From a virus: a stretch of 64,000 bases of DNA. The stretch lies in the IMG/VR virus record IMGVR_UViG_3300030333_004348, positions 4,137-68,136 of that record. One strand, given 5' to 3'. Of this stretch, positions 17,377 to 26,831 are shown piece by piece. Position 1 is the stretch's first letter; every line of letters starts with the position of its first letter. The notes below the pieces were generated by a model. The model worked only from the letters and a program-made list of their open reading frames with translations, ran no database searches and was not told the DNA's origin. A program made the position numbers and the translations under genes.

Positions 17377-18771
17377 ATGGCAAAGATTAATTTTACAAAT
17401 AATGCAGGCCCTAGTACTACTAGGAAAATGCAATCGACTCCTGCTAAATACAGAGAGTCAAAAGGTAGACCTAATATTAGTCAATCTGATGGTATTAGAC
17501 CTGCTTTTCCATTAATGCCGTTCGCTCACTTACCTGTTAGTTTTACAGATGTTACTACTACAGATGCTGTAGTAATACCTAAAGGTAGAATTGTATCTGC
17601 TATCACATCTAATGGCGGCGTTGACGCTGGCGGTGATATGGATGGATCTGTCTACTATGGTGTAGGTAAAGGCATAATGGGATTAATGGTTCCAGCTAAT
17701 GGTGGTGCTGCGAGAGACGTAACTTCACCAGTTGATGCTGCAACTAAAGAGATTGCTGCTAACTCGCCTATAGGTATTGTAGAGCATGATGTCTATCAAG
17801 ATATCAATGGTGACAACTTGAACTATGATATGAGAAATAAGAACTGGGGAGTTCTTTCACAACAGTTAATCAAAATACCTGCAGTAGACACTTATGAATT
17901 TGATAAATTCACAGGTGAAGTATCTGGTTTCGTACCGGTTACTGCTACAGGTACTGAAGGCACACAAGAAAATGTAGCAGGTTCAGTTGCGGCTGAAACT
18001 GTAGCATTTAATGCTGCTGCTGGATCAACTGCAGCATTCACTCCTGCAACTGGTTATTTAGCAGGTAGTTTTGATATCGTTTCTATAACAGTAGATGGTT
18101 TCATTCAAGACGCTACAGTAATTGCAAATTCTACAATGAATGATACCGGTGATATTGATATCGTTGGTGCTGAAGGTTGTTCAGACGCTGCTGGTACAAC
18201 AGAAGCTATCTGTACAGACGCAGATGGTATAAATGGTACTTGGGCTGCTTTAACAGGCAATCCTGTTAACAGAACTGTTTCAGCTACATACACATATGAC
18301 TTAGATAACGTAGGAACTGCGGCACCAACTGCGGCTCTAACTGGTTCTATGGGTTATACTGAATGTGAAAAGAAATTCTCATTTTTAACTTATAATAGTG
18401 AGGCTGGTGAAGGATTGGCAGGAATGCCAGTTGCACCAGATTTTTACGGCAATTTCAAAGAAGGCGCGGCTACTAAAGACGCTCAGACTGTAGGACTTCT
18501 AATGGGTATTGATTACCGTTTCGGTAAAGACATGTTAGATACAGTTCAGTCTAAGTGGGAAGACGATGCTGAATTTGCTACTGCTGGAACAAGAACAAAA
18601 GGTATACCTCAGTTCTTGTATGATTTCGCTTACGCAGCTTTAAACGGCTACGTAATGAAAAAAACCAGTACCTGGGATGCTGTATGGCCAGGTAAGGATG
18701 CTGCTGTTGTAATCAAAGATGCTGTAGATGCTGGCGTTTTTGGTGAGGCATGGATCCAAGTAAACATCTAA
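17377..18771 (+). CDS. head decoration / minor capsid protein, paralogue 2, with internal insertion domain
   Basis: Shares MAKINFT, GRPNISQSDG.RPAFPLMP, RNKNWGVLS, DTVQSKWEDDA, KGIPQFLYDF and FGEAWI with paralogue 1; has an extra ~120-aa Ala/Thr-rich insert. Confidence 0.65.
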   Translation: MAKINFTNNAGPSTTRKMQSTPAKYRESKGRPNISQSDGIRPAFPLMPFAHLPVSFTDVTTTDAVVIPKGRIVSAITSNGGVDAGGDMDGSVYYGVGKGIMGLMVPANGGAARDVTSPVDAATKEIAANSPIGIVEHDVYQDINGDNLNYDMRNKNWGVLSQQLIKIPAVDTYEFDKFTGEVSGFVPVTATGTEGTQENVAGSVAAETVAFNAAAGSTAAFTPATGYLAGSFDIVSITVDGFIQDATVIANSTMNDTGDIDIVGAEGCSDAAGTTEAICTDADGINGTWAALTGNPVNRTVSATYTYDLDNVGTAAPTAALTGSMGYTECEKKFSFLTYNSEAGEGLAGMPVAPDFYGNFKEGAATKDAQTVGLLMGIDYRFGKDMLDTVQSKWEDDAEFATAGTRTKGIPQFLYDFAYAALNGYVMKKTSTWDAVWPGKDAAVVIKDAVDAGVFGEAWIQVNI

Positions 18772-18915
18772 AAAAAACAATAGGACTACAAGTCCAAATG
18801 TGGTAAATTACCACAGTTATTTTAATAATGAAAGTAAAGTTATTATTAAAAGGAGAACTCCTTTAATGAGAGTCTGCTTTAGAAATGCTTTATTAATTAT
18901 GGAGAACATCATAAA

Positions 18916-20265
18916 ATGAAAATAAGTAAGCTAACATCAAAGCAGGCTCATGCTCAAAAACTTATTTATGATATCTTTACGAATAATGGTGTTGTAGGTG
19001 TAGAAACCGAAGATAGAGATAAGTTAAGTCTGCAATTCGACTTTAATGACGTTTTCAAGATCGACTCGGTCATGAAATCTGAAGGTTTAGACGAATTTAA
19101 AGACGTCTTCTTTACAGAAGACTTAACTCGTTTCATTGGTACTACAGTTACATCTATCGTTCAAGAAGCTGTCGAGCCAGAACTTCTAGTTGTTCCTAAT
19201 CTTTTTAAGTCTATTGCTTATGAAGGTCCAGGAAGAACTGTGGAGATTGGCGGAGTAGGTGCACTGCATGCTGCGGAAGTTCCTGAAGGTCAGGAATATC
19301 CAGAGGCAGATTTCTCATATGGTGATGGATACATCATCCAATTGGGAATCGCAAAACATGGACTAAAATTACGAATTACTCAAGAAGTTATCGATGATAA
19401 CCTTTTCGATGTATTCGGAATGTGGTTACAAATGGCAGGTCGCGCACTCGCTAGACACAAAGAAGAATATGGTATTATGCTTCTGAACGACATGGGTATC
19501 ACAGTTGCTGATAACGCACAAGCTAACGATGACACAGAACTTGGACATATGTCTGGTCGTGACATCGCAGGTGCTTTTAACGGTACAATGACTGCTAATG
19601 ATATCTTTGACATGTGGGTATATGGTTACCTACGTGGATTCAACTACGATACCTTATTGATGAATCCTCTTGCATGGAAAGTCTTTATGAATGACGACAA
19701 AGCAAGAGAGATATTCTTCTCTAACGGAGTTATAGCTTCAAATAGACAACCTGATGGTTCAGGTGCAAGTACATTTGGTGCTGGTTTCGGTGGTTTAGGT
19801 TATAAATCAGATCCTTACGGTAATGATTATAATAATCTAGGTACTGGATTAGCTGGTCCAAATCCTTTCACACAAAATCTGAATCCTTTAGGTGCGTCTT
19901 TTAACATTGCTCCTAAGTATTTACCTTCACCATTAAAGATCATCGTTTCACCTCACGTAGGTTACGGATCATCAACAGTTGGCGGAAAAGCTGTAAAAGT
20001 TACCGACATCATGATGGCTGATTCACAAAACGCTGGTTTATTGATGACTAAAGAAGGTATTTCAATGGACGAATGGGCTGACCCAGAAAGAGACATCAGA
20101 TCGATGAAGATAAAAGAGCGTTGGGGTATGGCACTTCTTGCTCAAGGTAAAGGTGTTGCTGTTGCGAAAAACGTTGTTATCGCTGATAACTACCAATTCG
20201 AAAATAGTAATACTGCTAATCTTGCTGCAAAAGTAGTTGATGCACCTGCTATCTCTGGATCGTAA
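18916..20265 (+). CDS. major capsid protein (HK97 fold)
   Basis: AAEVPEGQEYP, KHGLKLRITQEVIDD, AGRALARHKE, DTLLMNPLAW, KIKERWGM; GGAG SD; followed by a hairpin. Confidence 0.9.
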   Translation: MKISKLTSKQAHAQKLIYDIFTNNGVVGVETEDRDKLSLQFDFNDVFKIDSVMKSEGLDEFKDVFFTEDLTRFIGTTVTSIVQEAVEPELLVVPNLFKSIAYEGPGRTVEIGGVGALHAAEVPEGQEYPEADFSYGDGYIIQLGIAKHGLKLRITQEVIDDNLFDVFGMWLQMAGRALARHKEEYGIMLLNDMGITVADNAQANDDTELGHMSGRDIAGAFNGTMTANDIFDMWVYGYLRGFNYDTLLMNPLAWKVFMNDDKAREIFFSNGVIASNRQPDGSGASTFGAGFGGLGYKSDPYGNDYNNLGTGLAGPNPFTQNLNPLGASFNIAPKYLPSPLKIIVSPHVGYGSSTVGGKAVKVTDIMMADSQNAGLLMTKEGISMDEWADPERDIRSMKIKERWGMALLAQGKGVAVAKNVVIADNYQFENSNTANLAAKVVDAPAISGS

Positions 20266-20301
20266 GAACCAGTAATAGTATAACGCATACTAATTAATTT
20301 A

Positions 20302-20325
20302 AGTGGGGGACTTTGTTCCCCCACT
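20302..20325 (+). terminator. GC-rich hairpin after MCP (probable terminator or mRNA stabiliser)
   Basis: AGTGGGGGA-ctttgt-TCCCCCACT, 9-bp perfect stem; weak U-tract. Confidence 0.7.
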
Positions 20326-20359
20326 AGATTAATTTAAAATAATAAATAAGGAGTATAGC

Positions 20360-21034
20360 ATGGCCGAACTAAGTAGTAAAGCTAAGTATATTAGATTAGC
20401 TCCAGGAAACGCCTTTTGGCGTACAGATGATAGTGATTTTATGTTAACAGGTATTGGTGACAAAGCTAAACCTTTTGCTGAAACTTCTAGTATTCCTAAG
20501 GATATTATTCCTAAGGTAAACCAGGCAGTTAAAGCAGGAACTTTAGAGTTTGTTAAAAAAGATCCTGAAACATATGCCACTGCAAAGTCAGAGAGCAATC
20601 CTATAGTAACTGGTATAAATAAATCTAACTTAAAGTGGAGTGATGAAGGTAGAGAAAAAAGTGGTAAAGCTTTAAAGACACCATCTTTTTCTGCTTATAA
20701 CTTGACTGTAGATACAGAGGATCCTGTTTATAAAAGTGCTTTTAAAATTATGTCACTACCTGCTTCTAAAGCAGTTATTGATGAAATGACAAAAGTATTA
20801 ACACAGGTGACTGACAAGGCGGAACGTAAAAAACTTCTTCTTGCATGTGCATCTATAGAAACAAGTGGTAAGAATCCTGCAGCATCTGCAAGAAGTCAGG
20901 TTGTAGAATATTTATCAGATGCACTTTTTGATTTAGGTGAAAGAAACGGAATTAGTGGTATCACTGTTACTTCCGAATCTGAAGAAGATGCTATCGTTGG
21001 AGAGGTTGTTCCTGTAAAGGTACAACAATCTTAA
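20360..21034 (+). CDS. hypothetical head-associated protein
   Basis: 224 aa with TAAGGAG SD, directly after the MCP. Confidence 0.6.
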   Translation: MAELSSKAKYIRLAPGNAFWRTDDSDFMLTGIGDKAKPFAETSSIPKDIIPKVNQAVKAGTLEFVKKDPETYATAKSESNPIVTGINKSNLKWSDEGREKSGKALKTPSFSAYNLTVDTEDPVYKSAFKIMSLPASKAVIDEMTKVLTQVTDKAERKKLLLACASIETSGKNPAASARSQVVEYLSDALFDLGERNGISGITVTSESEEDAIVGEVVPVKVQQS

Positions 21035-21139
21035 GTGAGTTTATTAAACCCTAAAGGTAAGGCTCTTAAACGAAAGTTAAAAAAACCTAAGAATAAAGTG
21101 GCAAAGCCGAAAGGCAAGAAGAAGGAAACAAATGAATAA
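21035..21139 (+). CDS. very small lysine-rich protein (34 aa)
   Basis: Manual translation (GTG start): MSLLNPKGKALKRKLKKPKNKVAKPKGKKKETNE*. Fills the gap exactly: starts right after the upstream TAA and its stop overlaps the next ATG. Confidence 0.5.
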   Translation: MSLLNPKGKALKRKLKKPKNKVAKPKGKKKETNE

Positions 21140-22503
21140 TGGCATTTAATGTTAAAGAAGCATCATTTTACGACGGGAGTAGTACCCCGAGTAATGCGTT
21201 ATCTGCAACTGATGTACCTATTGCTTCGCCAATAGATATAACTTTTTCAGAAAACGTTGCATCTTCATCTGTGCTATCATTTTCTGTTACCTTACTTCGA
21301 ACATTAGAAGATGGAGGAAGTGAAACTCCTGTTGACATTACGTTAACTCAACCACAAACTAATGTAGTTAGGATTGATCCAACAGCGGATCTAATAGAAT
21401 CTGGCAATTACACTGTCTATGTTCCTCGAAGTACTTATGGTATTAAGTCTGAGGATGGTAAAACTTTACAACAAAGTTTTTCATTTTCATTTAGTACTGT
21501 AGCTGGATCAGGCACTGCACCTGCTCCAAGTGAAACTGACATAGATATTGCTGAACAACCAGCTATTCCTGAAGAACTATTCCTTGTAACTAGTACACCG
21601 TCGGTGGACGCAGTTATGCAATATGGCTATGGAAGCGTGATAGCTAAATTTGACGGAAGAGTTCCTTCAACAACCACAGTAGAAGTAAGTACAAGACATC
21701 CTTTAGGACATAATCTTATACATAGTTCTCTCTGGGTTGCAAACATGTTAGAGCCTATTGTTGTAGGCTCTGAGGTCTATATTTCTAGTAAAATGCTATA
21801 TGCAGATTTAACCGCAGAACAAATAGAAAATTTAACAGTTGTAGGATCTGATCCTATAACTGATGATAGTATATTAGTTCTGGATAAAACTGCAGATAAT
21901 GATGGAAACATCACGCTAGATTTTGACCCAAATACGCTTTTTGAAATAACAGTAGATATTCCTGTCAATGAACAAAGTCCAACTGTAGGATTTATGGGTT
22001 TGTTATATCCATTTTTTACGACCGTACCTGAGACTAAGCTAGAAGTTGGTCCTTTTATAGAACAGTATAATGATTTTACAATTGCTTTAGCCATATATAG
22101 ACATAGCATTACTGCTGGTCAATTATGGCAAGGTACTGCAATAGATCCTTATACACCTCCGACTCGCGTTGCTGAGTATGTGATGGCTAGAACTAAAAGA
22201 GATATATTATCAACATTCTACACGGATCCAGGTGGTGCTGGTGCTGGGAGTTTAGCTCTTGGAGATTTAAAACTTTCTGGCAAGAACCTGACATCATATC
22301 TAAATGATAGTTTAAGCGCACTAGATTTAAAAATTGTAGCTTTGGAAACTATGCTTAAAAAGGGAGACACATCTAAGTCTCCTTTCACTGATCATGGACA
22401 CCAAAGTCTACCAGTTCAGACATCTGGCGCAGCATTTGGAGAGAATTGGGGTACCGATTTCGGATCAAAGGGATTTAATAGAAACCTAGATAAGAAGACT
22501 TAG
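21139..22503 (+). CDS. Ig-like (SbsA/Big_5-type) domain protein, probable head-tail connector
   Basis: ATDVP..PIDITFSENV..VRIDPTADL..GNYTV..FSFST Ig-like pattern; C-terminal helical domain with SLALGDLKLS typical of head completion proteins. Confidence 0.65.
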   Translation: MAFNVKEASFYDGSSTPSNALSATDVPIASPIDITFSENVASSSVLSFSVTLLRTLEDGGSETPVDITLTQPQTNVVRIDPTADLIESGNYTVYVPRSTYGIKSEDGKTLQQSFSFSFSTVAGSGTAPAPSETDIDIAEQPAIPEELFLVTSTPSVDAVMQYGYGSVIAKFDGRVPSTTTVEVSTRHPLGHNLIHSSLWVANMLEPIVVGSEVYISSKMLYADLTAEQIENLTVVGSDPITDDSILVLDKTADNDGNITLDFDPNTLFEITVDIPVNEQSPTVGFMGLLYPFFTTVPETKLEVGPFIEQYNDFTIALAIYRHSITAGQLWQGTAIDPYTPPTRVAEYVMARTKRDILSTFYTDPGGAGAGSLALGDLKLSGKNLTSYLNDSLSALDLKIVALETMLKKGDTSKSPFTDHGHQSLPVQTSGAAFGENWGTDFGSKGFNRNLDKKT

Positions 22504-22505
22504 TC

Positions 22506-22970
22506 ATGGCTAAGATATGGGGAAGATCATCAAAAGGGTCTCCAATAAAGAGAACTTTTGATAAGATTATTGACAATTATGGACATAAGGTTCTGTATAG
22601 GCGATATAATGTAGGAGTAGAAAGTAAGTATTATGATTCTGCTACAGGAGATAGCCAAGGTGGACCTAAATGGACATATACGGATGAAGTAATCGAAGTT
22701 AGACATGATCCCATGTCTGTTAGAGGAGCGGTAGGAACAACAATACAAGATTCGAAGATGTATACGAAGAGTAATGTTAGACCTAAAAGAGGAGATGTTA
22801 TAATTGAATTAGATTATGATTCAATTGATGATGAACCTAGCGAATCCGATTTGTACTATGCGCCTCATAGAGAAGCTTTTGAAATTACAGAAGTAGATAT
22901 CAAAAGAGGATTTAAGGGCAAGACAGAATTTTATTTACTGAGAGTGGTGCCTCACTTGGGAGATTATTAA
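22506..22970 (+). CDS. head closure / neck protein
   Basis: 154-aa beta-rich protein with PKRGDVIIE; position in the neck module. Confidence 0.6.
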   Translation: MAKIWGRSSKGSPIKRTFDKIIDNYGHKVLYRRYNVGVESKYYDSATGDSQGGPKWTYTDEVIEVRHDPMSVRGAVGTTIQDSKMYTKSNVRPKRGDVIIELDYDSIDDEPSESDLYYAPHREAFEITEVDIKRGFKGKTEFYLLRVVPHLGDY

Positions 22971-23635
22971 TGGCAAAGAATGATACAGTTGAAATAACCT
23001 TATATAACGATGGAGTCAGTGGAGCTTCAATGCCTCTCACTATTAATGGCGAGAGTATAATTGGAAATGCTGGACCTTTAGAGTATATAAGAAAACTTGA
23101 AGTAGGATTGCATTCACTAAAACCAAACCTGCAATTTAGTGCTGCATATCCTGAATGGGTAGTTAATAAGGAATCAACCATGCAAGTAGAAAACGGTATT
23201 GTTTGGAGCGTTAATAGAATGCTTCCAGTAAATTTGGGAGGTAAACCACTAACTAATCCTGAGGCAGGAACTAGAGAAGTTAAACCCCGTCTAAGAGAAG
23301 ATATTATGCTAGACGATGGTACTGCTTTAAGAGTTTTAGCTCAGAGATTTACAGTCTTTTATCAGTTTGACATTTTTGCTAAAAATCCAAACGATGCAGA
23401 AGAACTAGCAGATTGGTTTCAATTTGCTTTTATGGATCACTTCGGTGGTTTGTTTGGATCTCATTACACTGTGTTTAGGCAAAGATCTAAAGATAAAGAC
23501 GTAGAGGAATTAAATCAAAACTTCAATGTGAGAAGTATTGAGTATACAGTTGACCTAGAAAGATATACGGCAATTCCTCAAAGCTTAATAGATATCATTA
23601 CTTTCAAGGTCAATACTGACAAAAATGAAACATAA
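22970..23635 (+). CDS. tail terminator / neck protein
   Basis: YQFDIFAKNPNDAEELADWF pattern; immediately before the sheath. Confidence 0.6.
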   Translation: MAKNDTVEITLYNDGVSGASMPLTINGESIIGNAGPLEYIRKLEVGLHSLKPNLQFSAAYPEWVVNKESTMQVENGIVWSVNRMLPVNLGGKPLTNPEAGTREVKPRLREDIMLDDGTALRVLAQRFTVFYQFDIFAKNPNDAEELADWFQFAFMDHFGGLFGSHYTVFRQRSKDKDVEELNQNFNVRSIEYTVDLERYTAIPQSLIDIITFKVNTDKNET

Positions 23636-23692
23636 CCATGAGTTATAAATACTTAAATTATTATTAAATAATAAATATGGAGATTAATTCAA

Positions 23693-26059
23693 ATGGCAAC
23701 CCCAAAAGTAACTAGAACGCTGTTCGACAATAATCTTGATCGAACAACTCCACAGGGGCCTCAGAATAGAAGTGTCGTAATACTCGGTACTGGAACTGAT
23801 GGTCCTATGTACGAAGCAGTTAAAGTTACCTCAGCAGCAGATGCATCAGATGTATTTGGCGCGCTAGGTGATGGTACACTGGTTCGTGGTATTAAAGAAT
23901 GTTTTGATGCTCAGGTCGGTTCTCAAGCTGCTCCTAATGTCTGGGGTATGAGAATCGGTGGGAACAAATCGGGTAGATCTTCAATGAGTTTATCAGATAG
24001 CAACAGTAACGTTGTACTCAATGTAGAAGCACTATATGATGGAGCTACTTACAACGGTGTATTTCTAAAGAAAGCTTTAGATACACAATCAAATGCTCAA
24101 ATGATATTCCTTTGGAATCCTAAAACTCAGTTGTTTTCTAAATTTTCACCAGACTTAAATGTGAACGACTTAGCAGCCGCTATTAATTCCGATCCTAACG
24201 CAAGTTCAGTTGTATACGCTACTCCTACAGACTTTGAAGATGATTTTGAAGTAGCAATTGATACAGGAACTTCTGAAGGTTCGCATAGTGGTAACGATAT
24301 CAGAATACAATTAGCAAACCATGCTCAAGAAATTGCAGGAAACGGTATAGAATCGATTGATTCTATATATAGCATTAGTGATAGTGCCGAAGTTACACTA
24401 GCAGCAGGACAACAAACGTTTACACCAGGAACATTTGTTAGTGGTACAGCAAACAATAGTTGGTCTGGTATTGTAGGTAATCAAGTTGTAGCTGCAGTAA
24501 CCGAAACATTACTTAACGGAGCAATAACAAATCTACAATCAGGAGATGCAGATTTTGCTATATCTGTAACATTAGACGCTAATAAAAACGAACTTATAGC
24601 TGATAATGGATCTAAATCAGTAACATTAACTTTTGTTAAAGATGATGGCACTGAGGTACCTTACACTGTAGATGTAGCTATATCTGGTAATAGTGTCACA
24701 GGTAGTATAACTGCCGCTGACTTAATAGCAGGTGGTTTAGCTGCAGGTGATAATACAACTAGTGCAAAAATAGAGTGGAATGAAACAGTAGCTGTTACAC
24801 CTAATGCTGCACCAGGTAGTGTTACTCAATTTAAAATAAATACTGCTGAAACAGCTATAGAGTTTGGAGCTACACAGCCTTATCAACTAACCTTTAAATA
24901 TCATGTTAAAAAATATTATGAGTTAGGATCAAATGTGACTGTGAATGATTCAGTATCGGGTGATTTCTCAATTGTAGACACAACAATGACATCTACAAAT
25001 GCAGAAGGAACTGGCGGAGCTGAAGTAATTTACTTTGGTTTAGAATATCAGAATATAGGTAATGACCCTAATTGGGGTACTACAGAGGCTCCTTTCCACT
25101 TAGGTGGTGGGGCTAATGGTGCAGTTCTTACTAATCAAGATTTAGTAGGAACCTTGAACGAAGCATATGAAAACTTTGTATCTGATTTCTTTGATATAAT
25201 GTGTGTAGTAGATCTAACTATGGACGCAAAACTTGCTTCTGGCGCTTATGCTGGATTCGGTCAACAAATGTCTACTTTCCTAGATGGATTTAATGGAGAG
25301 ATGATCGGTGTGATTGGTTTTGAGCCTCTAGTTGGAACTGGAGTAGGTGGAAGAGTATTAAGAGAGAATGTTAAAGACAGGGTAACCTGGTTAACATCGC
25401 CTAATTCTCAACCATCTCCTGGAAATATAGCATCTGTACTTTCTGATTTTCATCAACCATTTATGTATGCGGTTGATATTGAAGGTATATTCTCGGCTAA
25501 CGGTGTAAGATATACAGCTATTTCTACTGCAGCTGTTGCAGGTCTAATGGCCGCAATGCCTACAGAAGAAGCTATATTTAGATTCACTGTACCAGGAATT
25601 TCAGGAATGAGATACAGATATACTGAAATAGATCAGACTACTGGTTCTAGACAGATAGATTTATTATCTGATTCTAGAATTGCTACAGGTATGATAGACG
25701 GTGGTGTAAAAATCACTGAATCAAGAACATTAGCTAAACCTGGTTCTGATTTTGAAAACTTAATGACAGTATTAATACTTCAAGAAGTTTTACAAATATG
25801 CAGAACTGTAGCAAAAGACTTTATAGGTAAAGTATCGAGTGAGCCTTTAATTCAAGCTTTCCAAAGTACGTTGGATAAGCAATTAGGCGATGCGATGGTA
25901 CCTAGAGTCTTAAGAGGATTCAAAGCACCTATTACAATGACTCCTGGCGAAAGAGTATTGGGACAGATTACTATCCCTCTTACTTTAAGCCCTCAATTTG
26001 AGATTAGAGATGTGCACTATAATGTACAATTAACTGCTGAAGATATAACTGCAGCTTAG
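23693..26059 (+). CDS. contractile tail sheath protein
   Basis: VVILGTGTDGP..V.S..DA..VFG N-terminus, LGGGANG, VAGLMA, C-terminal FIGK..ITIPLTLSPQFEIRDV; large beta-rich central insertion. Confidence 0.9.
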   Translation: MATPKVTRTLFDNNLDRTTPQGPQNRSVVILGTGTDGPMYEAVKVTSAADASDVFGALGDGTLVRGIKECFDAQVGSQAAPNVWGMRIGGNKSGRSSMSLSDSNSNVVLNVEALYDGATYNGVFLKKALDTQSNAQMIFLWNPKTQLFSKFSPDLNVNDLAAAINSDPNASSVVYATPTDFEDDFEVAIDTGTSEGSHSGNDIRIQLANHAQEIAGNGIESIDSIYSISDSAEVTLAAGQQTFTPGTFVSGTANNSWSGIVGNQVVAAVTETLLNGAITNLQSGDADFAISVTLDANKNELIADNGSKSVTLTFVKDDGTEVPYTVDVAISGNSVTGSITAADLIAGGLAAGDNTTSAKIEWNETVAVTPNAAPGSVTQFKINTAETAIEFGATQPYQLTFKYHVKKYYELGSNVTVNDSVSGDFSIVDTTMTSTNAEGTGGAEVIYFGLEYQNIGNDPNWGTTEAPFHLGGGANGAVLTNQDLVGTLNEAYENFVSDFFDIMCVVDLTMDAKLASGAYAGFGQQMSTFLDGFNGEMIGVIGFEPLVGTGVGGRVLRENVKDRVTWLTSPNSQPSPGNIASVLSDFHQPFMYAVDIEGIFSANGVRYTAISTAAVAGLMAAMPTEEAIFRFTVPGISGMRYRYTEIDQTTGSRQIDLLSDSRIATGMIDGGVKITESRTLAKPGSDFENLMTVLILQEVLQICRTVAKDFIGKVSSEPLIQAFQSTLDKQLGDAMVPRVLRGFKAPITMTPGERVLGQITIPLTLSPQFEIRDVHYNVQLTAEDITAA

Positions 26060-26066
26060 TGTAAGT

Positions 26067-26084
26067 GTGACATATCTAATATGA
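26067..26084 (+). promoter_or_regulatory. TGACATAHCT motif, copy after sheath (candidate phage promoter)
   Basis: GTGACATATCTAATATGA, identical over 18 nt to 63512-63529; intergenic. Confidence 0.6.
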
Positions 26085-26126
26085 GTTGACTAGGAGCTAA
26101 CTGCCTCTGAGTAGTCCTTATACTTT

Positions 26127-26160
26127 AAGAACCCTGTCAATGATGGGGTTCTTTTATTTT
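26127..26160 (+). terminator. intrinsic terminator-like hairpin between sheath and tube genes
   Basis: AAGAACCCTGTC-aat-GATGGGGTTCTT (with G-U pairs) followed by TTATTTT. Confidence 0.65.
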
Positions 26161-26172
26161 GGAGAAATTGAC

Positions 26173-26766
26173 ATGTCATTTAAATCGAACGTTGATACTA
26201 ACCCAGGATTAGTTACTACTTTTGCTGGATCAGATATAAAAACAGTGTTTGGTAATGTTGAAATTGGTAATCTTCAAGGTATTTCATGGTCCATAAACAG
26301 AGAGGTTAGACCTATATTTGTTTGTGGTGATCCTAACGCGTTAGCATATTCTAAGAATAAGCGTGGTGTTGCTGGATCAATTGTTATGACTTGCTTTGAT
26401 AGAGCCGCACTCCGTGACATAATGGAGCTTTCTTCAGTACATCGTACTGATCAAAGTTTTGTTCCCGGAATGACTCAGACAGCAGGAGGGACTGGTAGTC
26501 CTTTCGGAGAAGATACTAGAGTAGCTATATACTCTGATGAAATTCCACCATTCGATATTACTTTATATGGTAAGAACGAATTTGGAAAACAAATGGTTAT
26601 GAGAATTTTTGACGTAACTATTATATCAGAGGGTGCTGGTATTTCTATTGATGACGGTATTCAAGAGGCTCAATTCACGTATGTTGCAAGACATATAGAT
26701 GATTGGAGATCTGTTGAAGGACCTGCAGGCGCTGCTGAGAATAGCATTGTTACTACAATCACTTAA
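26173..26766 (+). CDS. major tail tube protein
   Basis: Directly after the sheath; TFAGSDI..LQGISWSINRE..KRGVAGSIV..DEIPPFDI..EGAGISIDD..YVAR. GGAG SD favours ATG 26173. Confidence 0.8.
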   Translation: MSFKSNVDTNPGLVTTFAGSDIKTVFGNVEIGNLQGISWSINREVRPIFVCGDPNALAYSKNKRGVAGSIVMTCFDRAALRDIMELSSVHRTDQSFVPGMTQTAGGTGSPFGEDTRVAIYSDEIPPFDITLYGKNEFGKQMVMRIFDVTIISEGAGISIDDGIQEAQFTYVARHIDDWRSVEGPAGAAENSIVTTIT

Positions 26767-26774
26767 TATAAAAA

Positions 26775-26812
26775 TAATACTAGAGGGTATAATAAATTAC
26801 CCTCTAGTATTA
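26775..26812. terminator. 15-bp perfect inverted repeat after the tube gene
   Basis: TAATACTAGAGGGTA-taataaat-TACCCTCTAGTATTA. Confidence 0.7.
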
Positions 26813-26831
26813 ACAGTTACTGGGAGAATAG

